Of a stretch of 64,000 nt of DNA, positions 47,765 through 57,587 are shown in pieces. The stretch covers positions 9,317 through 73,316 of the forward strand of contig CAWDJI010000032.1 in NCBI GenBank assembly GCA_963802535.1. The letters are read 5' to 3'. The notes beneath the pieces are model-generated. The model was not told the origin of the DNA. It searched no databases and saw only the letters and a list, made by a program, of their open reading frames with translations. Source of the stretch: an uncultured Alphaproteobacteria bacterium (GTDB lineage: Bacteria > Pseudomonadota > Alphaproteobacteria > Rhizobiales > Xanthobacteraceae). The stretch's first letter is position 1, and every line of letters starts with the position of its first letter. The position numbers and the translations under genes were made by a program.

Positions 47765-47917
47765 TTAGAAAAAGCCCGGACTGAGATCCAGCCCGTAGGT
47801 CAGCAACAGCAGGGACACGAACAGGCCCGCCGCGGCAAACAGCACGAGCTGTTTGAGAACTTCCACTTCATTGATGGTGATGAATGCGCGTGACAGCGCG
47901 CGTGCGAGCGTAGCCAT
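47765..47917 (-). CDS. small membrane protein, 50 aa
   Basis: Internal ATG 47917 with GGAGG 7 nt upstream. Product is MATLARALSRAFITINEVEVLKQLVLFAAAGLFVSLLLLTYGLDLSPGFF*. Confidence 0.55.
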   Translation of the reverse strand: MATLARALSRAFITINEVEVLKQLVLFAAAGLFVSLLLLTYGLDLSPGFF

Positions 47918-48011
47918 TTGCGACCTCCGTGCGTGAGCCCTGCCTTGCACATCGGAGTAGCGCGAATGGTGGTTTGCGAATGTGAGTTATCTCACGGATC
48001 GGGCGAGTTGT

Positions 48012-49982
48012 TCATCCCCGCGGGGACAGTGCGCTAATGCGCCAGGTCGCGTCGGAGGAAAATTCCGGATCGTGCTGGATCGAGCCGGCCTCGACAAACC
48101 TGAGCGCGAGCGACGAATAGACGATACTGCGGTTGCGGCCGAGGCGCTTGGCCTCATAGAGCGCGACATCAGCCTCGCCGACCAGCGCGGTCTCGCTGAG
48201 CGTCGTGCGGGTTCTGGTCGTCATGCCGGCGCTTATCGTGACGTAGCCGCGGGTGGCGGCGCTGTTGGGAAGACCGAGGGCGCGAACTGTCAGCCGGATC
48301 GCTTCGGCGACCTTCAAGGCGTCATCTTCGGAGACGTTCGGCAGCACGACGGCGAATTCCTCGCCGCCATAGCGCGCCGACAGGCCTGATGTATTCGAGG
48401 TCGCATCGCCGATCACCTTGGCAACCGCCTGCAGGCAGCGGTCGCCGGCCTGGTGTCCGTAGCTGTCGTTGTAGCCTTTGAAGTTGTCGATATCGAACAG
48501 CAGCACCGAAATCTCTTCGCAGGTTTCGTATTCGCGCCGCAGGAAACCGTCGAAGGTGCGGCGGTTGGTCAATCCCGTCAGTCCATCGGTGGCGGCGAGT
48601 TGCGTCAGCCGGCGGTTGAGCAGGTTCAGCTCATCCTCCATCCGCTTGCGCTCGGTGATGTCGCGCAACACGCCGACAATTTCCATTTCCGCAGCGGCGT
48701 TGCCTTGCGACGCCAGTTTGAAATTGCATTCGACCCACACCACGGCGCCATCGCGGCGGGTGATGCGGAATGCCAGTATGCTGACCGCCTCTGGTCCGCT
48801 CAACCGTGCACTGGCAGCCATGACGCCTTCCCGGTCGTCGGGATGCACGAGGTCGAGGCATGACCTGCCGATCAGCTCCGACGCGCGCGAGCCGAGTACC
48901 GGTTCTACGGACTGCGAAACAAAGCGGAGGAGGCCGCGGGCGTCGATCAGGATGATGACGTCGGCGATATTGTTGGCCAGCAGGCGATAATGCGCCTCGC
49001 GTTCCCGCAAGGCCCGCTCGGTCTTGATACGGAAGCTGAACTGCGACGACAGTAGGGCGGCGAGCAGGATGATCATGCACAGCAATACGGCGGCCACGAT
49101 GGCGTCCGTGCGCAGCGTCACCAGCCAGCCTGAAAGCAGCCAGTCTTCGGACATCGCCACCGTCACCACCAGCGGAAACTGCGATGTTTCCTCGTAGCCG
49201 AAGAATTTCACGACGCCGTCGAACGGCGAGATGATCTTGTAGTATCCGACCGAGCTCAGCTTCAGATGGGTCGTGAACAGGTCGGTTTTGGAAAGATCGC
49301 CAGACCTGTCCGACATCGGCCAGCGCACCAGAACGAGACCGTCGTTGCGCAACAGGCTGATGCCGCCGTCGGGGCCGAGCTGGAACGTACGGTAGAAATT
49401 GTTGAAGTAGTCGCTGTCGATCGCAGCCGTCAGCACCCCGGCAAAACTGCCGTCGGGCCGGTTGATGCGCTTCGAGAGCAGGATCGTCGCCCGCCCGGTG
49501 AGGCGCGAGCGGAACGGCTCGCTGATGCGCAGCTTCTGTCCGGCGTTGTCGCGGTGAAAGGCAAAGTAGGGCCGGTCGGCGTTGTTGTGGTTCGGGGTTT
49601 CCGGCAACGACGAATACCGCCATTCCCCATCGGTATCGAGCACGCCGATTTCTCGCAGTTGCGGCAGCGCGGCTACGGTCTCGGCCAGATATTTGTTGAA
49701 GCGCTCCGGCACCGGGGTGCGGTATTTGAGCGCGTCGACCATGCCGCTCATGGCGATATCGGCCGATTGGATGGTGTGCCCGGCGTGCTCGGCGAGCGAA
49801 TGCGCAAGATTCTGAATGTCGGTGCCGCCGCGCGCCAGCGCGTTGGCCTTTGCCTCGAGCGCCTTCCAGACCACGACGCCGAGGATGCTCGTCGTCATGA
49901 CCAGCGCAAAGAAAATCACGATCACCCCGGGCGTGATCCGCCGCAGGAAACCGCTTGGGCCTAAGGGAATTCGATTGGGCAT
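48012..49982 (-). CDS. membrane sensor diguanylate cyclase (periplasmic Cache-like domain-PAS-GGDEF)
   Basis: 656 aa with two TM helices, PAS, and RYGGEEFAV (GGEEF). Confidence 0.9.
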   Translation of the reverse strand: MPNRIPLGPSGFLRRITPGVIVIFFALVMTTSILGVVVWKALEAKANALARGGTDIQNLAHSLAEHAGHTIQSADIAMSGMVDALKYRTPVPERFNKYLAETVAALPQLREIGVLDTDGEWRYSSLPETPNHNNADRPYFAFHRDNAGQKLRISEPFRSRLTGRATILLSKRINRPDGSFAGVLTAAIDSDYFNNFYRTFQLGPDGGISLLRNDGLVLVRWPMSDRSGDLSKTDLFTTHLKLSSVGYYKIISPFDGVVKFFGYEETSQFPLVVTVAMSEDWLLSGWLVTLRTDAIVAAVLLCMIILLAALLSSQFSFRIKTERALREREAHYRLLANNIADVIILIDARGLLRFVSQSVEPVLGSRASELIGRSCLDLVHPDDREGVMAASARLSGPEAVSILAFRITRRDGAVVWVECNFKLASQGNAAAEMEIVGVLRDITERKRMEDELNLLNRRLTQLAATDGLTGLTNRRTFDGFLRREYETCEEISVLLFDIDNFKGYNDSYGHQAGDRCLQAVAKVIGDATSNTSGLSARYGGEEFAVVLPNVSEDDALKVAEAIRLTVRALGLPNSAATRGYVTISAGMTTRTRTTLSETALVGEADVALYEAKRLGRNRSIVYSSLALRFVEAGSIQHDPEFSSDATWRISALSPRG

Positions 49983-50150
49983 CTGCCGCCTGGAATGGGG
50001 AGTGCCACGTCATTCTGAGCGGCAGGCTTATACGCGCGGCCGAATCTACCGGCCAATAGGTGGCAATGCGGTTAACAAGTCGATCGGGTAAACAACGGAG
50101 AAGGGGCTCATTCCGCTCGGATTTTCCTTGAAATCCGCACTTTCCTCCCG

Positions 50151-51674
50151 TCAGCGCGGCAATTTCGCGATCGCCTGGCTGAGCTGGTGGATCTCATAAG
50201 GCTTGCGGAGGATCGGAAAATCGCCGCGCACATTGACCGCGGCGTCGCTGTAGCCGGTTGCCAGCAGGATCGGCAGCCCGGGCCGTATGGCCCTGAGGCG
50301 GCGGGCCAGGCCGAGGCCGTCCATTTTGCCGGGCATCACGATATCGGAGAAGACCAGGTCGATGCCGTCATGCTCGATTTCGTCCAGGGCGGCTTCGGCG
50401 TTGGTCACCCTGCGGACGGTGTAGCCGAGTTGTTCAAGCAGGTTGGTGCTGACCGCGGCGACTTCCGGATTGTCCTCGACCAGCAGCACCGTGCCGCTGC
50501 CGCCGGTTTCGACGCCATTGAAATCGTCAACGGACAGGCGCGCATCATGCCGCGGAAGCAGGATCGTAATCGTGGTGCCCTTGCCAAGCTCGCTGGTGAC
50601 CTTGACCGTTCCGCCGGCCTGATGCGCGAAACCATGGACCTGCGAGAGGCCCAATCCGGTGCCCTTGCCGATCGCTTTCGTGGTGAAGAAGGGGTCGAAT
50701 ATCTTGCTCAGCACGTCAGGCGCGATGCCGGTACCATTGTCGCTCACGGTGATCGCGACGTATTCGCCGGCATTGGCTTCTTCGCTGAGCGTGTTGTTAT
50801 GGGCGGCAACCGTGATTGTTCCGCCGTCCGGCATTGCGTCGCGGGCGTTGATGACGAGATTGACCAGCGCCGTCTCGAATTCGGTCACGTCGACCAGGAC
50901 CGGCCAGACGCTTCGTTCGAGGTCGAATTGCAGCTTCACCGCGCCGCTGACCCCGGCGTTCAGAACATCGCGTACCGCGTTGATCCGCTCGGTGGCATCG
51001 ACCGTCTGCGGATTGACGCTCTGCCGCCGCGCGAAGGTCAGCAACTGGCTGGTCAACGCGGCGCCGCGCTTCGAGGCCGCGTCGATCGCCGAGAGCGCGC
51101 GCTGAAGCTTCGGATCGTCGTCGACACCTTTTCTCAGCGTATGCAGGCTGCCCGAGATGATCATCAGGAGATTGTTGAAATCGTGCGCGACGCCGCCGGT
51201 TAACTGGCCGAGCGCGTCGAGCTTCTGGGCTTCCGCCAATTGTTGCTGCATCTGCTCGAGTTTGAGCTGGGCTTCGCGCCGTTCGGTGATGTCGCGGGTG
51301 ATCTTGGCGAAACCGATGAGATCGCCGTCCTCCCGGATCGGGTCGATCACGACACTGGCCCAGAAGAAGGTGCCGTCCTTGCGGACACGCCAGCCGTCCT
51401 CTTCATAGCGGCCGGTTTCCTCCGCAATGCGCAGCGCGCGCAATGGCTTGCCGTTGGCGCGGTCGGTCTCGGTGTAAAAGCAGGAGAAGTGCTGGCCGAC
51501 GATCTCCTCGGGCGCATAGCCCTTGATGCGTTGGCCGCCGATGTTCCAGCTGGTGACGATACCGGTTGGATCCAGCATGTAGAGGGCGTAGTCGGCGACG
51601 TTATCGACCAGAAGCCGGAAACTGCGTTCGCTCTCGAACAGATCCCGCTGGTTTTGCTTGTCTTTTCCGAACAT
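50151..51674 (-). CDS. hybrid sensor histidine kinase/response regulator (PAS-HisKA-HATPase-REC)
   Basis: 507 aa. H-box [18 protein letters not shown], ATPase box [12 protein letters not shown], and REC VLLVEDNPEV..DLVFSDIVMPGKMDG. Confidence 0.9.
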   Translation of the reverse strand: MFGKDKQNQRDLFESERSFRLLVDNVADYALYMLDPTGIVTSWNIGGQRIKGYAPEEIVGQHFSCFYTETDRANGKPLRALRIAEETGRYEEDGWRVRKDGTFFWASVVIDPIREDGDLIGFAKITRDITERREAQLKLEQMQQQLAEAQKLDALGQLTGGVAHDFNNLLMIISGSLHTLRKGVDDDPKLQRALSAIDAASKRGAALTSQLLTFARRQSVNPQTVDATERINAVRDVLNAGVSGAVKLQFDLERSVWPVLVDVTEFETALVNLVINARDAMPDGGTITVAAHNNTLSEEANAGEYVAITVSDNGTGIAPDVLSKIFDPFFTTKAIGKGTGLGLSQVHGFAHQAGGTVKVTSELGKGTTITILLPRHDARLSVDDFNGVETGGSGTVLLVEDNPEVAAVSTNLLEQLGYTVRRVTNAEAALDEIEHDGIDLVFSDIVMPGKMDGLGLARRLRAIRPGLPILLATGYSDAAVNVRGDFPILRKPYEIHQLSQAIAKLPR

Positions 51675-51846
51675 ACGAACCCCTGCCTAGGTGCCGAAAC
51701 GCATGGCGGGTCGTTTGGTTCCGCAGGCTGGACAAGTTTTAGGCACATTTTCGCCAAATCCGCCGCGAGGCCGTGACGGGGCAGGGGCTAACGGTGGGTA
51801 GGTGCTCGCTCTTGACATCCTTCCAGTTCCGTCAGATATTTCTGTT

Positions 51847-52404
51847 ATGACAGAAACAACCGAAAAGAAGAAACTCCCCGCCGTGGTCGAACGGTTCATC
51901 CTGCACTGGGGTGACATGGGGGACGAGTGGGGCGTCAACCGCTCAGTCAGCCAGATCCATGGCTTGCTCTATCTCGCCGAGGCGCCGATGACGGCCGAGG
52001 ATATCGCCGAGACGCTCAGCATGGCGCGATCCAACGTCTCCAATTCCATCAAGGAACTGCTGGCCTGGAACCTGATCCGGAGGGTGCCGATTCTCGGCGA
52101 CCGCCGCGATCATTTCGAGGCGGAGACCGACATCTGGGAAGTGGCGGCGCGGATCGCCGCCCGCCGCAAGGAGCGCGAGATCGACCCCGCCGTCGATGCC
52201 CTGCGCGCCTGCGTCTCCGATGCCGCCGACGATCCGACCATCAGCCCGGTCGCGAGCAAACGGCTGAAGGAGATGCTGGCGTTCACCGAACTGGTCGACC
52301 GCTGGTACGTGCAGATGCTGAACGTGCCGCGGCCGAGATTGGTCGCGCTGATAAAGCTTGGCGAAAAGATCGTTAGCTTCCTGCCGATGGGGAAAACCAA
52401 ATAG
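51847..52404 (+). CDS. GbsR/MarR-family transcriptional regulator
   Basis: Internal ATG 51847. ..FILHWGDMGDEWGVNRSVSQIHGLLYLAEAPMTAEDIAETLSMARSNVSNSIKELLAWNLIRRV.. is a winged HTH. Confidence 0.85.
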   Translation: MTETTEKKKLPAVVERFILHWGDMGDEWGVNRSVSQIHGLLYLAEAPMTAEDIAETLSMARSNVSNSIKELLAWNLIRRVPILGDRRDHFEAETDIWEVAARIAARRKEREIDPAVDALRACVSDAADDPTISPVASKRLKEMLAFTELVDRWYVQMLNVPRPRLVALIKLGEKIVSFLPMGKTK

Positions 52405-52433
52405 GGGCCGGGTAGCGCTAGCAGGAGTGTGTG

Positions 52434-53099
52434 ATGACGGTAAGCAGGATTTCAAGACTTCCGGCGCTCAGGTCCTCAAGTGACATCCTGCTCGACGACA
52501 ACCGCTTCCACGCATTGCTGTCGGACGCCGATTGGGGGCGTCTGCCGCTTTCGATCTGGCGGCGCTTTTCCAAGCGCCATGCCGACGGCAAGACCGTGGT
52601 CTATGTCGGCGAGGTCGATGAGTCCGGTTTCAGCCGGATCGGCTGGTGGCTGGCGCAACTGGCACGCCTGGTCGGCGGGCCGCTGCCGACCGGATCCGAG
52701 ACCGGGGTCCCGATGATCGTGACGGTGACGGAGGATGCCGCGACCGGCGGCCAGATCTGGACCCGCATCTGCGCCCGCAACAGCGGATTTCCGCAAGTCA
52801 TCCATTCCTCAAAGCGCTTCGCCGGGCCGACCGGCCTTGAGGAATATGTCGGCTACGGCATCAGCATGGCGTTGCGGATATCCGTCGAGCGTGAAGCGCT
52901 GGTGTTTCGCAGCATCGATTACGCGCTTCAGGTCGGACCATGGCGGCTGTCGCTGCCGATATGGCTGACGCCGGGCGATCTCACCGTGACCCACTCCGAT
53001 CTCGGCGACGGTGCGTTCCGTTTCACGCTCGAGATCAATCATCCGCGTTTCGGCAGGCTGCTGCGGCAGTCGGCTGTGTTCCGGGAGGCCGCGTCATGA
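52434..53099 (+). CDS. DUF4166-like protein
   Basis: AGGAG lies 8 nt upstream of ATG 52434. The pattern ..FHALLSDADWGRLPLSIWRRF..IWTRIC..FPQVIHSSKRF..LEEYVG.. matches my memory of DUF4166. Confidence 0.75.
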   Translation: MTVSRISRLPALRSSSDILLDDNRFHALLSDADWGRLPLSIWRRFSKRHADGKTVVYVGEVDESGFSRIGWWLAQLARLVGGPLPTGSETGVPMIVTVTEDAATGGQIWTRICARNSGFPQVIHSSKRFAGPTGLEEYVGYGISMALRISVEREALVFRSIDYALQVGPWRLSLPIWLTPGDLTVTHSDLGDGAFRFTLEINHPRFGRLLRQSAVFREAAS

Positions 53100-54530
53100 C
53101 GTCGTTGTTATGGATCCTGATATCAGTTCAAATCGTGATGGGCGTGTTCGACACCTTCTATCACCATGAGTTGACGGAGCGGCTGGCCTGGCGTCCCTCG
53201 CAGCGCTACGAGCTGAAGCTCCACGGCGTGCGTAACATGATGTACGCCTTCCTGTTCCTGGTACTGGGCTGGCTGGCAGTCTACGGCATCCTCGCCATCG
53301 CTATCATCGCGGTGTTGGTCGCCGAGATCGTCATCACGCTGATGGATTTCGTCGAAGAGGATATGAGCCGGAAACTGCCGGCCAGCGAACGCATCAACCA
53401 CACGCTGCTCGCGATCAACTACGGCGCCATCCTGGTGCTGCTGCTGCCGGTGCTTTTCGCCTGGGCGATGCAGCCGACCGGAATCGCATCGGCCTATAGC
53501 GGGCTGCTCAGCATGACAGCGGCGGCGGCTGCCGTCGGCGCCGGCCTCTGCGGTTTGCGGGATTTTGCGGCGTCCCGGCGTCTCGGACGCATGAGCTGCG
53601 CGCCCGCGACCGGTCTCGTCGAGAAATTGCAGGAACGGCAGACCGTGCTCGTCACCGGCGCCACCGGCTTCATCGGCAGCCGTCTGGTCGCGAGCCTGAC
53701 TGGCGCGGGTCATCAGGTCATCGCGCTGGTGCGCAATCCCGCGAAAGCGGAACTGGCGCCACCGATCATGCTGATCACCAGCCTCGATCAGACTGCCAGC
53801 GGACACAAAAATCGCCACCATCGTGAATCTGGCAGGCGAGCCGATCGGCAACGGGCTGTGGACCGACGCCAAGCGCCGCAAAATTCTGGACTCCCGGATT
53901 GCGATGACCGGCGATGTTATCAAGCTGATTGCGCGGCTCGACCACAAGCCGGCGGTGCTGATCTCCGGCTCCGCGATCGGCTGGTACGGGTTGTGGCAGG
54001 ATCAGGTGCTGACCGAGTCCGCGAAGTCACACGCCTGCTTCAGCCATGAATTGTGCGAGGCCTGGGAGAACGCGGCGCGGCCGGCGGCGGAGCACGGCGT
54101 GCGGGTGGTGAACCTGCGGATCGGCCTCGTGATCGGGACCGAGGGCGGGTTCATCACGCGGATGCTCACCCCGTTCGAGTTCGGCCTCGGCGGCCCGCTC
54201 GGCTCCGGTAAGCAATGGATGTCGTGGATCGAGCGCGACGATCTCGTCCGCCTGATCGCGCATGTTATCGCCAAGTCAGACATATCAGGCCCGATCAATG
54301 CGACCGCGCCGATCCCGGTGACCAATCTGAAATTCACCGAGGAACTCGGAAGGCGGCTGCGCCGGCCCGCGGTGTTCCGAATTCCCGCAGCCCTGCTGCG
54401 ACGTGTTGGCGGCGATTTTGCCAATGAGCTGCTGCTGGGCGGCCAGCGCGTGCTGCCGAACAAGGCGCTGAGCAATGGCTTCGTGTTCCGGCACGAAACG
54501 CTGCGCAGCGCGTTCGAGGCGATCCTGTGA
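53096..54530 (+). pseudogene. membrane domain fused to a TIGR01777/YfcH-like SDR epimerase, apparent frameshift in an A5 run
   Basis: The ATG overlaps the upstream stop (ATGA). ORFs 52940..54049 and 53823..54530 join as ..LITSLDQTASGHK / IATIVNLAGEPIGNGLW.. at AAAAA 53806-53810. Has Rossmann motif VLVTGATGFIGSRL and a DUF1731-like C-terminus ..LLLGGQRVLPNKALSNGFVFRH.. Confidence 0.8.
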
Positions 54531-55111
54531 AGGGGATAGCCATCGCGCTTTGTGACGGAGCGCTACACCTCTGTCGCAGGCTTCCGTCGGCGGTATCCAT
54601 CCAGCCTTGCCCATTGCCGGCTGAGGCCCTGCTGGCGAAATATGCCGGTCCTGGCGCCTATACCGATTGTTACGCATTGGACGTAGCCGGGGCCGTGTCC
54701 CACGCGGAGTTTGTTGAAGCGTTCTATACGGGCACGACGATCAAGATCGAGCTGTTGCTGCTGGATTTGCTCTTTTCCAAGCCTGCAACAGATATTCTGG
54801 CCAAACGGCTCGCGACTGGAGAAATAGAAAACTTCTCCGGCTGGCGCGTGGAAGCTCGAAATGCCGACCAGTTGCTGATGTGCGACCTCGGCGGGAAAAC
54901 CAGATCGTGGCTCATGGTTGTGTCGCAATCAGAAGGGACCGTGCCCGCAACCCGGCTTTATTTCGGATCTGCGGTCCTGACGAGGGGGACCAAAGCGACC
55001 GGAGAGCCGCGCATGGGCGCGCTGTTCGTGATGCTACTTCGGTTTCACAAGCTTTATTCACGGCTGCTGCTGGACGATGCGCGGGCGCGCCTGCTTCAGA
55101 TTAGCCGCTAA
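54527..55111 (+). CDS. hypothetical protein (possibly DUF2867-like)
   Basis: The GTG start overlaps the upstream stop (GTGA). 194 aa. The family call is tentative and from memory of synteny with DUF4166/YfcH-type genes. Confidence 0.55.
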   Translation: MKGIAIALCDGALHLCRRLPSAVSIQPCPLPAEALLAKYAGPGAYTDCYALDVAGAVSHAEFVEAFYTGTTIKIELLLLDLLFSKPATDILAKRLATGEIENFSGWRVEARNADQLLMCDLGGKTRSWLMVVSQSEGTVPATRLYFGSAVLTRGTKATGEPRMGALFVMLLRFHKLYSRLLLDDARARLLQISR

Positions 55112-55143
55112 GCATGTTACGCATCCGGTTTGAGGAGGCGACA

Positions 55144-55962
55144 ATGACCATGCACTATCGGCTCTCAAGTCTCGGTGCACTCGCGATATTTGTCGCCCTG
55201 TCAGGTTTGACGCCAATTCATGCCGAGACCTCGATGGGTCCGATTCTCGGCGTCGAGCCCGCACTGCTCGAGGATATCGTGGCGGGCAGTCGCATTCTCG
55301 CCGATCTCGGCGTGGTCGACGCCTTTGGCCATGTCAGCACGCGTCATCCGACCCATCCAAATCGTTTCGTGATGTCACGGTCGTTGGCGCCGGCGCTGGT
55401 GACATCGGCCGACCTCATGGAATTCGATCTCGACGGCAAGGCGGTCGATGCCGCGGGCCGTGCCGTGTTTCTGGAACGCTTCATCCACGGCGAAATCTAC
55501 AAGGCGCGGCCGGACGTAATGGCCGTCGTTCACACCCATTCGCCCGGCGTCATTCCGTTCACGGTGAGCAAGGTGCCGTTACGGCCGCTGTTCCACAACG
55601 CGGCCTTCCTCGGCGCCGGCGCACCGATATGGGAGATTCGAAAGGAGTTTGGCGAGACCGACATGCTGGTCCGCGATTCCGTGCGCGGCAAATCGCTGGC
55701 CACAGCGCTCGGCGACAAGTCCGTGGTGCTGATGCGTGGCCATGGCGACGTGACAGTCGGGCCAAGCGTCAAGGTGGCGGTATTTCGCGCCTATTACACC
55801 GACGTCGCCGCCAGGCTGCAGACCCAGGCCGTTGCGCTCGGCGGCGAGGTCAATTACCTGACGCCGGAGGAGGGCGCAAAAGCCGACGCGATCAATCTCG
55901 CTGTGCTCGATCGCGCCTGGAACCTGTGGAAGATGCGGATCGCTCCGGGTCTTGCTAAATAG
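55144..55962 (+). CDS. class II aldolase/adducin-family protein with an N-terminal signal-like peptide
   Basis: GAGGAGG lies 6 nt upstream of ATG 55144. Begins MTMHYRLSSLGALAIFVALSGLTPIHA-ETS.. Aldolase core is ..DAFGHVSTRHP..AVVHTHSP..VLMRGHG.. Confidence 0.9.
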   Translation: MTMHYRLSSLGALAIFVALSGLTPIHAETSMGPILGVEPALLEDIVAGSRILADLGVVDAFGHVSTRHPTHPNRFVMSRSLAPALVTSADLMEFDLDGKAVDAAGRAVFLERFIHGEIYKARPDVMAVVHTHSPGVIPFTVSKVPLRPLFHNAAFLGAGAPIWEIRKEFGETDMLVRDSVRGKSLATALGDKSVVLMRGHGDVTVGPSVKVAVFRAYYTDVAARLQTQAVALGGEVNYLTPEEGAKADAINLAVLDRAWNLWKMRIAPGLAK

Positions 55963-55986
55963 GCTTTGGCAATTTCGTTTACAGGC

Positions 55987-56634
55987 ATGGAGATCGCGGT
56001 GTCGGAAGCAACGCTGGTGGCATTTGCAATTGTCGCCTTCATCGGGATCGCGACGCCGGGGCCAACGGTGCTGCTTGCGCTTTCAAACGGTTCCAGGTTT
56101 GGGGTAAAGCGCGCCATCGCCGGCATGTTTGGCGCCGTCGTGTCCGACTTCGTTCTGATCGGTGCCGCGGCGCTTGGGCTCGGTGCGCTGTTGGCCGCCT
56201 CCGAATTCTGGTTCAGCGTCGTAAAATGGATCGGCGTTTTCTATCTCGCCTTCCTCGGCGTCGTGCTGATCCGATCCGGCGGCTCGGTTGCCACGGCGCT
56301 GGACAAGGTATCCGCCGCCGCCGCGACGTCGGCGCGCCCGATGTTCATGCGCTGCTTTCTCGTCGCCGCCACCAATCCGAAAGGGTATCTGTTCTTCTCC
56401 GCGTTTCTGCCGCAGTTCATCGACCCGGCGTCGTCTCAACTGCCGCAATACGCCACGTTGGCTTGTGTGTTTGCGGCGATCGATTTTGTGGTGATGCTGG
56501 CCTATGCCGGCTTTGGCGCGCAGGCGGCAAAGTTTCTGCGTTCGTCGGCCGCGGTGTGGCTGGACCGGATTTGCGGCGGCGTGCTGCTGGCACTCGCAGG
56601 GACCATGGCGCTTTATCGCCGCGCGTCGAACTAA
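55987..56634 (+). CDS. LysE/RhtB-family amino-acid exporter
   Basis: ORF track 55966 starts at TTG; the ATG is at 55987. ..IATPGPTVLLALSNG.. and six hydrophobic helices. Confidence 0.9.
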   Translation: MEIAVSEATLVAFAIVAFIGIATPGPTVLLALSNGSRFGVKRAIAGMFGAVVSDFVLIGAAALGLGALLAASEFWFSVVKWIGVFYLAFLGVVLIRSGGSVATALDKVSAAAATSARPMFMRCFLVAATNPKGYLFFSAFLPQFIDPASSQLPQYATLACVFAAIDFVVMLAYAGFGAQAAKFLRSSAAVWLDRICGGVLLALAGTMALYRRASN

Positions 56635-57509
56635 CCCGTCCCGACCACGCTCCTGAAGGTCGCCGCCAGGGTCCGAAGTGCTGCGAGCTTTGCGGGATCG
56701 CTGACTTTGGAATGCAGCATCACCTTTGAAGAACCAAGCTTCGGCAGTTTATGCGCCGCGCCAATATCGATCAGTCCGGCCGGAGCGATCCGCCGGGCGA
56801 GGAGGGCGACGGCCAATCCCGCCAATGCGGCTGCGGTTACCGCGGTGACGCCGCCGCCGACAAAGGCTTCGGTCCAGGCGATGCCGGCCTTGTCGAGCGC
56901 CCGAACGGCGATAGCACGGACGCCGCAGGGCTGCGCCAATGTCGCCAGCGGCAGCGCTTCGCTGCGCGGCCAGACAAAACGTTTTGCGGCGAACCAGCAA
57001 AATTCATCCTCGGTCAGCTTCTCGCCGCCGCGGCGGCTGCCTTCCTGCCGCACCACTACGGCGTCGAGTTCGCCGGCATCATAGGCGTCGAGCATGGCGC
57101 GCGAAAACCCGATCGTGACGGCAAGCGACAATTGCGACGACATCGCATGCAGCCGTTCCAGCAGCGGTATCAGCTCTGGTCCTGCGGCATGATCGCTGAT
57201 CCCGAGCGACAATCGCTGCTGTGCCGGCTTTTCGCCCGACAGCGCGCGGTCATGCGCTTCCATCAGCACGCGCGCATGATGCAGGAACGCCGAACCATCG
57301 GCGGTAAGGCCGACCGCGCGCGGCGAGCGCTCGACCAGCCGCTTGCCGAGAACGCTCTCCAGCCGCTGCAGTTTTAAGCTGACCGCGGCCTGCGTCGTCC
57401 CGAGCGCCTCGGCGGCGCGGGTAAAACTCTGTAGTTCGGCGACCAGCAGGAAGGCCTGCACGGTATCGATATCCAGCGTGATCATTCTATCATCACAAAC
57501 GGTTATCAT
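56631..57509 (-). CDS. LysR-family transcriptional regulator
   Basis: 292 aa. HTH ..LDIDTVQAFLLVAELQSFTRAAEALGTTQAAVSLKLQRLE.. An alternative start at 57485 (MITLDID) is possible. Divergent from the tautomerase-like gene. Confidence 0.9.
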   Translation of the reverse strand: MITVCDDRMITLDIDTVQAFLLVAELQSFTRAAEALGTTQAAVSLKLQRLESVLGKRLVERSPRAVGLTADGSAFLHHARVLMEAHDRALSGEKPAQQRLSLGISDHAAGPELIPLLERLHAMSSQLSLAVTIGFSRAMLDAYDAGELDAVVVRQEGSRRGGEKLTEDEFCWFAAKRFVWPRSEALPLATLAQPCGVRAIAVRALDKAGIAWTEAFVGGGVTAVTAAALAGLAVALLARRIAPAGLIDIGAAHKLPKLGSSKVMLHSKVSDPAKLAALRTLAATFRSVVGTG

Positions 57510-57587
57510 TGTTATGAACGGGGATAAGATACCAAAATGATGCGGGCAGGTCTAGTTGTGGGGGTATCGAAAGCAAGGAGAATCGTC

